Made by a program: the position numbers and the translations under genes. Of a stretch of 64,000 bases of DNA, positions 56,772-64,000 are shown one piece after another. The notes under the pieces were generated by a model. It saw nothing but the letters and a program-made list of their open reading frames with translations. It did no database searches and had not been told where the DNA came from. This DNA is from Candidatus Thorarchaeota archaeon (GTDB lineage Archaea; Asgardarchaeota; Thorarchaeia; Thorarchaeales; Thorarchaeaceae). Within the stretch, counting starts at the first letter, position 1; every line of letters begins with the position of its first letter. The DNA lies in NCBI GenBank assembly GCA_048882045.1, contig JBHLRZ010000010.1:13939-77938 (forward strand), read 5' to 3'.

Positions 56772-57734
56772 TCATTGAATTGAAAATGCTGGTATCAACC
56801 TTCCAATTCTATCATAGCCCCTGGTCTTGTTTCTGAAATATCTAATCATGACATCCTTGTCATTCGATGGACTTTGTTGTGATATGTATTGATAGATGGT
56901 TTCCCAAGTGGTTCGTATGAATTTCCATCTCTGGTTTTCCTTGATATGTCTTCTAAAACTAGCTTCAATGTCTGTTTCCCGTTCAGACAACACCAGATTG
57001 ATGAGATAGAAGTCTAGATCGTATCGTTCTGCTATCCAAGTCCCAAGTACCCAGAAGCGTGTCAACTCAAAATATGCCTTATCTACAGCTACTGTAGTGA
57101 AGTCCGAGTCAAAGACTTCCGAGAACCAATTGTTAGCACGAGTCGCGTATTTCATAGAGTCGGGAATGTTTCTAGGTGGTTTTTTGTTTGGAGCCGTGAA
57201 CTTTGCCTCGATGAAGAACAGTGCATTCTCTGTCCTGACTATGATATCGGGCTCTGAGCCCCCTCTTTTCCGCTCTCCAAACTCATCTCCAGCTCTCTCT
57301 AGAAGGGACCAACCAGAATCTTCTCTCTGACTATAAGACCAGTAAATCACTTCAGCGGATTGTAGCGATGTGTCGGCAATTGAGCCCAGGAATCCCTCTA
57401 TCAGATTACTCCGTTCCAAGAATCTGAATACATTCCAAGTAAGAGCATCCTCGCTCCGTTCCCGTCCCAACCGATGTTTTTCTCGTTTGTACTCTTCAAT
57501 TCTATTGAACAGCTTTCGTCCTGACGAGTCCATCCAGAGAAAGTTATCTAACCAGGCCAAGTGATCAAAAGTTGAGGGAGAAATGTAGATGTTGTGCTTT
57601 CGACATAGGAATTCATCCTTTCTCTTGAACCGCCCTCGCTGTCTATCCACTCTTATATTGCAATCTTTGACTGGACATTCGACTTTACTATCTGTGATTT
57701 TTATTCTTTCCTTCAATTTTTGAACGCCGTACAA
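56772..57734 (-). CDS. PD-(D/E)XK-type nuclease (restriction-endonuclease-like)
   Basis: SEDALTWNVF...SEPD.......FIEAKF; N-terminal CPVKDC..C..H. Confidence 0.7.
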   Translation of the reverse strand: MYGVQKLKERIKITDSKVECPVKDCNIRVDRQRGRFKRKDEFLCRKHNIYISPSTFDHLAWLDNFLWMDSSGRKLFNRIEEYKREKHRLGRERSEDALTWNVFRFLERSNLIEGFLGSIADTSLQSAEVIYWSYSQREDSGWSLLERAGDEFGERKRGGSEPDIIVRTENALFFIEAKFTAPNKKPPRNIPDSMKYATRANNWFSEVFDSDFTTVAVDKAYFELTRFWVLGTWIAERYDLDFYLINLVLSERETDIEASFRRHIKENQRWKFIRTTWETIYQYISQQSPSNDKDVMIRYFRNKTRGYDRIGRLIPAFSIQ

Positions 57735-57753
57735 TTGCTGCTCCCCTCATGAC

Positions 57754-58047
57754 TTACTTTTTCTTCAGGTCCAAGAACTTCCCATCTCGAACTCTAGCCA
57801 GATACTGTCGTCCCCTCATGACCCACATGATCTGGTGTCCCTCCTGAGCCTCTTTTCCCCACTGCGAAGACTTGAACGGGTTCTGTTCGATGAACGTCAG
57901 ACCACCGTACTTGACAAGTCGGACCTTGCTCTTCGAGGTCTTCTCGATGGGGTACACCTCTCCATTGATCTCTACAGTGGATTCATCCTGAAAGATAGAG
58001 CCATAGATGAGATGAGCAACATTCTCGATGTCTTCTTCCTCATTCAA
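57754..58047 (-). CDS. Hypothetical protein (97 aa)
   Basis: Coding-like composition; F.EQNP.K.S.W motif; lies just upstream of the nuclease gene. Confidence 0.65.
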   Translation of the reverse strand: MNEEEDIENVAHLIYGSIFQDESTVEINGEVYPIEKTSKSKVRLVKYGGLTFIEQNPFKSSQWGKEAQEGHQIMWVMRGRQYLARVRDGKFLDLKKK

Positions 58048-58276
58048 GATTTGTCAACCAAAGGTACTATCCAAATCTTATGTCTTGAATGTTTTCACAG
58101 AATAGAAGAACTAGGACTATATGCGCTTTTCAACGCCGACTGATACTGACTCGACACTTCAGATAATCATCAAATACCCAACGAAATATTGAAACTTCTG
58201 ACGATAATTGAGAGAAGGTCCTTCTAAAATCCATTCATAAAGAAGTTCCTTTTCATTATTCTTTGGAGGGATTGGA

Positions 58277-58975
58277 TTGATCTTACCGCCAACTTATTTC
58301 CCTTGGCAGCTCATTTGGATAGGTGTCTTCATTCTCATCTACTATCATTCTTGGAAGACAGCCTCATGGAATGAAAGACGTAACATAGCTCTGGCAGTCT
58401 TGCTAATTTCCACAGCTCTTCTCATTCCATTTCATTTCTGGGGAACTTACAACCTAAATGGCATAGAAAATGACGGTCTGTTTGTGTATGGGTTTGGTTA
58501 TTGGGAGGACTCTGCTTTGCTACAACCAGAAACGACATACAAGTCTGATACATTGTCGAATCTGTACACTATAGGTTGGGTTTCTCTGACACTCTTGACA
58601 GATGAAGAGGTAGTATTCTATCTTTTAGACGAAAACTTTCCCGAAACAAGATACGAAGAATACAATTCTTCAGAAATGAGTGAGTTCTTTGGATTCAGCT
58701 TGCCCTATCATTATTCTGCGTTTAATGTCATAGCTAATTGGACCATGAATGTGTTTAATCCAAGTTTGAACGTGACTGCTGAATTCACTCTTTACATTGA
58801 AGGTTGGGAAGATGCTGGATTATCAGAACGCTGGTCAAGGCAGTACATTCAGTATGAAGAACCAACCAGAGGATTATATTCTCTCTGGGTATGTGCTCTC
58901 ATTGTCAATCCTATTGCTTACTACTTCTATAAGAAAGAAATGAATGATTCAAGCCAGAATGGAATTCTCATTTAG
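58277..58975 (+). CDS. Three-TM membrane protein with extracellular beta domain
   Basis: TTG follows GGAGGGG; two N-terminal TMs and one C-terminal TM. Confidence 0.65.
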   Translation: MILPPTYFPWQLIWIGVFILIYYHSWKTASWNERRNIALAVLLISTALLIPFHFWGTYNLNGIENDGLFVYGFGYWEDSALLQPETTYKSDTLSNLYTIGWVSLTLLTDEEVVFYLLDENFPETRYEEYNSSEMSEFFGFSLPYHYSAFNVIANWTMNVFNPSLNVTAEFTLYIEGWEDAGLSERWSRQYIQYEEPTRGLYSLWVCALIVNPIAYYFYKKEMNDSSQNGILI

Positions 58976-59102
58976 TGACAACATATGCCACATGACAGGA
59001 GGGGCAGATCAGAACCATCTGTCGTTCTTGGAGCTCGTGGTTCGAGGCCTCGCACACTGTCTTCCACCTTGTCCCGTTCTTCAGTAGGATTGTGTTACAC
59101 AA
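58968..59102 (-). CDS. Microprotein D: 44-aa Cys/His putative Zn-binding protein
   Basis: GGTG-N6-TTG start; MCNTILLKNGTRWKTVCEASNHELQERQMVLICPSCHVAYVVTK; 10 synonymous vs 3 nonsynonymous codon differences (plus the stop) relative to the 50.5-kb copy. Confidence 0.8.
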   Translation of the reverse strand: MCNTILLKNGTRWKTVCEASNHELQERQMVLICPSCHVAYVVTK

Positions 59103-59148
59103 GTTCTACACCGAAGGTATGTACTGATTGGGATTGAAAAGGACCTAT
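59099..59148 (-). repeat. Element C copy 3
   Basis: 45/50 identical to 62781-62830. Confidence 0.9.
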
Positions 59149-59308
59149 CAATTACTATGCAGATTGCAGAGCGACCAAAAATTCTCTCACATGTTTTTGA
59201 TATGGGTGTTCTCCTTTGAAAAACAACTCCTTGGCTCAACCCATAAAAACATCAAAAAACTAGCTCCCCAATATAATCTTAATAACTTGAATCATCATTA
59301 AACGTCCC

Positions 59309-60001
59309 ATGGAATTCGCGTGGTGTAAGAAACAGAGAACTATCTTTTCAAGTATAGTTTTTATGATTCTCATCTTGACTTTGGTCAGCTCTCGAAGCCA
59401 AGGAGTGACATTTGAATCCAACGAACCACACCAGTCAAACGCTCTATGGATAGAACCTGCAACTATGACATTACAAAGTCAGATTGGAAAATTCAATCTG
59501 ACCGTCTGGTTGAATATTTCAGAAGAGTGTTTTGCATGGCAGGTGAAGATTCTCTTCAATTCCATTCACTTCAATGTTTCAAGAGTGGGGTATACAGATG
59601 GAGAAAAGAGCGAATTCTTCTCAGGTCACCAAACAATCACAATTACGCCCATCATTAATGATACTCTGGGCTATGTCCTAGCTGGAGAAACTTTGCTTGA
59701 AAACGATACAAGAACCCCGGGCTATGGGAGTCTGTTATGGATTGAGTTCAATATGAATAGTGAATCCACTACTGGACAATTTGATATTGCCTTCTCCGAA
59801 CCATACGACGTGGATACATTTGTTCTTGATCCCTATCTCGGCACAGTAAGTATGGAGGAAGTAGATGGAGCTGTAATTTCCATTATACAACCTGGAGACA
59901 CCCTTGTTCGTGATCTAATCGTAGTGGCCATTATTGGTGGTGCACTGATTCTTGCTATAGTAGGAATTAGCAGAAGAAGGAGGGCTAAGATAGATGAATG
60001 A
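59309..60001 (+). CDS. Membrane-anchored cohesin-domain protein
   Basis: Signal peptide; LWIEP...FNLTVWLN....FAWQVKILFN......V...G.G.L..IEF cohesin pattern; C-terminal TM plus RRRR. Confidence 0.7.
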   Translation: MEFAWCKKQRTIFSSIVFMILILTLVSSRSQGVTFESNEPHQSNALWIEPATMTLQSQIGKFNLTVWLNISEECFAWQVKILFNSIHFNVSRVGYTDGEKSEFFSGHQTITITPIINDTLGYVLAGETLLENDTRTPGYGSLLWIEFNMNSESTTGQFDIAFSEPYDVDTFVLDPYLGTVSMEEVDGAVISIIQPGDTLVRDLIVVAIIGGALILAIVGISRRRRAKIDE

Positions 60002-62756
60002 GAATAAAGCGAAGTCGACCTTTTTGATTCTATTAATTTTCATATCATGCATCGCTGGCGGATGGTTTACCATCAAATCTGTAAATCCACGCCCTTCAGC
60101 CAATTCATCAGTAGCATCATCAGAAATAGGAAAAGATGTGCTGATTATTAACGACCCCCGGAAATACGCATTCTTTGGATGGTATAGACCGACAATATTC
60201 GCTATTGAGATATTGAATCTCTTGAATAGGACGATTTTGTGGGCTTCGAGTTATACGAATCCAAATGAGACTAAGATCGTATTCTTCCACGACCCAGGAG
60301 ACTCCGATGCATTATTTGTGCGAGACTGGTTAGTTGATGGAGGATATCTGTTGGAGAATATTAACAATCAGACTTCAGCCAATATTGAGGAGTTTGAACC
60401 AGACTATTACTCGGAGGTTGACCTTGTAATTTATTGGAGTACAATTGGTTTCTACTCAATGAATGTTGTCAACTCGGAAGTTCCATTCATTACAGTGTCC
60501 GTTGTGCAAGCAGAAGAGATGGGTATTGCAAATGGTATTGTTACAGGAAGTGGGAGTAAAGATACATTTCATGTGGTGAATAATGGGTACTTCCCAACTG
60601 AGAGCTATCCATTAACTAAGTTGATACTTGATGATAGCTATTCGTTCCAAGCTACTAAAGCCACTTCCATTGGTAAGGTTCTCGTCACATCTGAAGCGGG
60701 GAGCGTTGCAGCTAATGTGGAAATTTCAACAAATCAGAATGTGACAGTCCAAGGAGATGGCAGTGCTCTGATGTCATTTGGCATTACTATTCCAGAGTCC
60801 CCCTTGTCTGACATGCTTCGTAGTGCATTCTTCGAGAATCCCCTTACTCTCGAGCAAAATATTGAATATGATGTGCCTGAAACCATAACTGTTCAAGATG
60901 AATCTGAGAGTGAGGAAACTGTCAAAGATGTCTCACTTCTTGGAGATGTGAGCGATCATGATGGGCAGGTTGGAGTAGGAGACCTAGACCTCATTGCGGG
61001 TCATATTGGAGTCAGTGTTGGGGAAGATGATTGGATACCAGATCTTGATTTGAATTGGGATGGGAAGGTCGATCTAAGAGACCTTGCTATTGCAGCACAT
61101 AACTATGGTAAGACTGAGAATAACACAGGAATACTCTTCATATCAGGATACTATGATGGGGAACTAGTCAACCTCACTGAAGTGTACTTTAGAGGACCCG
61201 AAGGATCAACGAAAGTAAATGTTTCAGCTTCAGGACACATATGGTATCATCTACTTCCTGGGACCTACACCATTTTTGGCACATTCAATGGTACTGAAGA
61301 GAGCACTGTTGCTTCTATCAGCCCTGGAGAGGTGACATACGCACAGTTGGATTTTGGAGGGGTGCCTGCACCTACCGAACAGCAAAACTCCGCACCAGTA
61401 AGGCAATCACTATATGAGGGCTTTTCAATGGAGCAGTTGGTTCTGCTTGGTTTTGATGTCAACATCTATGATTCAAAGACAACACCATGGAGTTTGAGTA
61501 ATGAAACTATAGTGACAATGCAAGCGAACTCAGACCAACTTGCTGAATTCCTTGGTGGTACTGATTGGCAGATTAGAGTAGGGCCTATTGACGAAAATAC
61601 TACAAATTCTGCTGCTGAGTTCATATTTACCAAGATACAGTATATGATGCTCATGCTTCAGTCACTTCCCGGCGACCAAAACTATACATCTTACTGGCAG
61701 ATTGCATTCGACTTACCTGGAGGCAGCGTACTGCAAAATCCAACTGAGCTTGAAGATTTGACATGGACAGTCGACTTTGGAGAAGGTACAATCATGCAGG
61801 CAAACGTGACTGTAATTGCTGGGAGGGTCATCATTGATGAATTGCTCTCTGTCACTGAAGGAAATATCACAGCCTCAGAAACATACCTTGCAACAGCACT
61901 CGGAAACTATCGAATGTTCTCGATCAATTACACCTATGTTGCCCCACTATTACTGACAGAACGAGAAAGAGTAGAAATCGAACGTGATTGGTCGAAGACT
62001 TGGACCTACAGAATAGCCCCAGGGAGCTTTGAAAAAAGGATCAGTTCTGGTCCGTTCTCAGTAACTCTCAGAGCCACTCCTACACTACACGTAAATTGGT
62101 TCATGGGGTGGGAAAGAAAATGGACCTGGTCAGGCTATAAGTTGCAGTGGTTTGAATCATGGATGAAAATAACTCCAGCAATCAAGGTCGAAGCTTCTGC
62201 TGGGGTTTCTGTCGATTATACATATAGGAGAGAATTTGTACTTTGGACATTCTCGACAAGGTTCACTTTCTGGGCAGGCTCAGTTCTGGTTTGGGCAAAA
62301 TTGAAACTCACTGTTAGTGTGGGCGTAGAACTCAATGCTAATGGGCAATTCTCAATTTCAACTTGGGCCCAGGCAAGTTCATGGTACAAAGCAGGAGTTA
62401 GATGGCAGAATGGTTGGAGTCCCATATGGCAAAGTGGTAAAGATGCTTCATATGGAAGACCTTCAATCACGGCATCAGCAGGGGTAACACTAACCCCCTA
62501 TGCAAAGTGTAGACTAGCATTCCTACTATATGATGTAGGTGGACCTTTTGTGGAAGCTGTTGCGTATGCACCAATCAGTCTAACGTTATCAGCTGGACAA
62601 TCGGGTGTATCAGGGACGTGGGCAATCAGTCTCAAATTGAAAATCAATGTTGGAGTTACTCTTGCGGGATGGATAAAGAAGATCCTTAATATGAATGAGT
62701 ATTCGAGAACAGTTGCAGACTTTTATCTCATGACTTGGAATGGTACATGGTTATAA
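59994..62756 (+). CDS. Large secreted protein with a type-I dockerin and a beta-rich C-terminal domain
   Basis: GDV..HDGQVGVGDL..IA..IG and DLNWDGKVDLRDLAIAA.NYG duplicated EF-hand-like segments; overlaps the cohesin gene stop. Confidence 0.8.
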   Translation: MNENKAKSTFLILLIFISCIAGGWFTIKSVNPRPSANSSVASSEIGKDVLIINDPRKYAFFGWYRPTIFAIEILNLLNRTILWASSYTNPNETKIVFFHDPGDSDALFVRDWLVDGGYLLENINNQTSANIEEFEPDYYSEVDLVIYWSTIGFYSMNVVNSEVPFITVSVVQAEEMGIANGIVTGSGSKDTFHVVNNGYFPTESYPLTKLILDDSYSFQATKATSIGKVLVTSEAGSVAANVEISTNQNVTVQGDGSALMSFGITIPESPLSDMLRSAFFENPLTLEQNIEYDVPETITVQDESESEETVKDVSLLGDVSDHDGQVGVGDLDLIAGHIGVSVGEDDWIPDLDLNWDGKVDLRDLAIAAHNYGKTENNTGILFISGYYDGELVNLTEVYFRGPEGSTKVNVSASGHIWYHLLPGTYTIFGTFNGTEESTVASISPGEVTYAQLDFGGVPAPTEQQNSAPVRQSLYEGFSMEQLVLLGFDVNIYDSKTTPWSLSNETIVTMQANSDQLAEFLGGTDWQIRVGPIDENTTNSAAEFIFTKIQYMMLMLQSLPGDQNYTSYWQIAFDLPGGSVLQNPTELEDLTWTVDFGEGTIMQANVTVIAGRVIIDELLSVTEGNITASETYLATALGNYRMFSINYTYVAPLLLTERERVEIERDWSKTWTYRIAPGSFEKRISSGPFSVTLRATPTLHVNWFMGWERKWTWSGYKLQWFESWMKITPAIKVEASAGVSVDYTYRREFVLWTFSTRFTFWAGSVLVWAKLKLTVSVGVELNANGQFSISTWAQASSWYKAGVRWQNGWSPIWQSGKDASYGRPSITASAGVTLTPYAKCRLAFLLYDVGGPFVEAVAYAPISLTLSAGQSGVSGTWAISLKLKINVGVTLAGWIKKILNMNEYSRTVADFYLMTWNGTWL

Positions 62757-62780
62757 TATCTGAAAGAATGCGGGTTTCGT

Positions 62781-62830
62781 ACAAGTTCTACACCGAGAGT
62801 ATGTACAGATTGGGACTGAAAAGGACCTAG
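62781..62830 (-). repeat. Element C copy 4, with the truncated start of gene D
   Basis: 45/50 identical to copy 3; followed on the minus strand by TTG TAC GAA ACC CGC ATT CTT (MYETRIL vs MCETIVL). Confidence 0.9.
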
Positions 62831-62847
62831 AAGATTCAAGGCATCCT

Positions 62848-63270
62848 TCAGTTTTTGCTAGTTCCCATTTCTTCCTGGACAAAATCAACAGCCTGTTTCA
62901 TCTTGGATGCTAAATCAGACACATCCTTGACCACTAGAGTGTTAACAATTTCTTCTACAAAGAGGTCCTCAGGTGTTACTCCTTTCTTGGGAGGTCTCTC
63001 ATCCATGTCTGGAAAGTACTTCTTACGGATATTCTCGTCAAGTGTGTCCTTGTAGGAACTTGGAGTCGTGTCACGCCTTAGTCGAGTCGCCCTCTTCTCT
63101 CTTTCAATTGTCCTCTGAATGTCTTTCTTAAGCATCATCCTGATGTATTCTTCATCATTCATCTCATTTACAGACTTTCCACTAGTTTCAGTCACAGGAC
63201 TGAGGAAGTCATCAAGTAGTTGTAACACTGAAAAATCGTCAATGGTCTTCGGTCTCTTTCCATTCCGCAT
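62848..63270 (-). CDS. Hypothetical protein (140 aa)
   Basis: ATG start; charged, helical composition; ends 17 nt before element C copy 4. Confidence 0.6.
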   Translation of the reverse strand: MRNGKRPKTIDDFSVLQLLDDFLSPVTETSGKSVNEMNDEEYIRMMLKKDIQRTIEREKRATRLRRDTTPSSYKDTLDENIRKKYFPDMDERPPKKGVTPEDLFVEEIVNTLVVKDVSDLASKMKQAVDFVQEEMGTSKN

Positions 63271-63520
63271 AGTCTAGTCCGATCCGTCATGAACTACTGA
63301 GAGCCTCAGAATAAAATACCTTTGTAATAGGAAACAGAAACTCCTACGCGTCAACCTGCTACTAGATGCTTCGTACTAATTAGATCTCAATCATTTATAC
63401 CAGTCATCTAATGATTCTTCATCAAACAGTTCGGCCCCTTCCTCATCATCTTGAGATCCCTTGTCTTCTTCGACATTAATGTCCTCCAAAGGGGCCTATG
63501 CAATCGAAGTAGTTCCAGTA

Positions 63521-64000
63521 TCAATACACTGTAACAGTAAGAAAACTATATCTGATGTAACTATTCGTTCCCTCATCATCGATTGTAATCCAAATCGATA
63601 CAGTGGACTCTCCAGTCGTACTAGATACATAGGCGTATCTCATGTAACCGTTAGTGGCGATATTATGATCATCATACACGCGAATCCGTGTTGGTGGTAA
63701 AACTGTGTTGTTGATATCAAAGAGAATTCCAATTTCAGTATACCCAACTGGATCCAGATATACTTCACAGTTGAACTCAAGCAGTACTCTATCGCCAGGT
63801 TGCACAGAATATGTGAGGCTCAGTTCCGGAGGATATTCAACCAAACTAATGCCATCTAGGAAGTATATGTCATCATATTGTTTGACATATATCGTGGGTC
63901 CTTCTGGAGATGGAGCAAGAATCAACTGATACAAACCTATGCCCAATGCTCCAAGTGAGATAATTAGAGCCAAAGCACCTAGTGTTTGACCAGAGATTTG
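63521..64000 (-). CDS. Membrane-anchored beta-sandwich hypothetical protein, 5' end outside the window
   Basis: Reading frame open to the window edge (QISGQTLGALALII...); N-terminal TM. Confidence 0.65.
   Translation of the reverse strand, partial: QISGQTLGALALIISLGALGIGLYQLILAPSPEGPTIYVKQYDDIYFLDGISLVEYPPELSLTYSVQPGDRVLLEFNCEVYLDPVGYTEIGILFDINNTVLPPTRIRVYDDHNIATNGYMRYAYVSSTTGESTVSIWITIDDEGTNSYIRYSFLTVTVY

Noticed and set aside
59191-59262. Imperfect inverted repeat (ATGTTTTT..ATGGGT / ACCCAT-AAAAACAT) upstream of the cohesin gene as a MITE
   Set aside because: Single copy, low complexity, no target-site duplication
48201-62830. Element C as a CRISPR repeat or integron attC site
   Set aside because: Spacing is 2-9 kb rather than 30-45 bp; no RYYYAAC/GTTRRRY ends or long palindrome; no cas or intI gene
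63379-63500. Short acidic frame (LEDINVEEDKG...DDWYKMIEI) on the minus strand
   Set aside because: Under 40 codons, competing frames and no second copy; cannot be supported as a gene

Overview
Archaeal chromosomal window, most likely from an Asgard archaeon of the Thorarchaeia type. This is inferred from TATA-like promoters, GGAGG/GGTG ribosome-binding sites, thiolase/DUF35 pairs, large Ig-repeat surface proteins with a C-terminal TM anchor, and ankyrin/TPR proteins. About 3.6-47 kb is mostly housekeeping and amino-acid/lipid metabolism: two thiolase+DUF35 pairs, acyl-CoA dehydrogenase, SCP2, glutamine synthetase family with a divergent Lrp, PanB, LeuB/C/D-like enzymes, FAH, a P-type ATPase, an MFS transporter and a carboxyltransferase plus biotin carrier. 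Positions 1-3.4 kb and 47.2-64 kb are accessory regions built from the same small reusable parts: (A) an 87-bp promoter/RBS element (3 copies, one partial); (B) a 59-aa small gene (one intact, one frameshifted); (C) a 40-50-bp element (4 co-oriented copies at gene junctions); and (D) an unannotated 44-aa Cys/His microprotein gene lying just after C (intact, nonsense and truncated copies). Between these parts sit unrelated, often AT-richer cargo genes: a TPR protein, a secreted clan-CD protease, a PD-(D/E)XK nuclease and a cohesin-dockerin pair bracketed by 50-bp direct repeats. No integrase, transposase, tRNA, rRNA or CRISPR array was found. Other highlights: two candidate structured RNAs (glnA leader; upstream of the MFS gene), a site-1-protease-like subtilase, and a P2-type ATPase with a P4-like TM4 motif.
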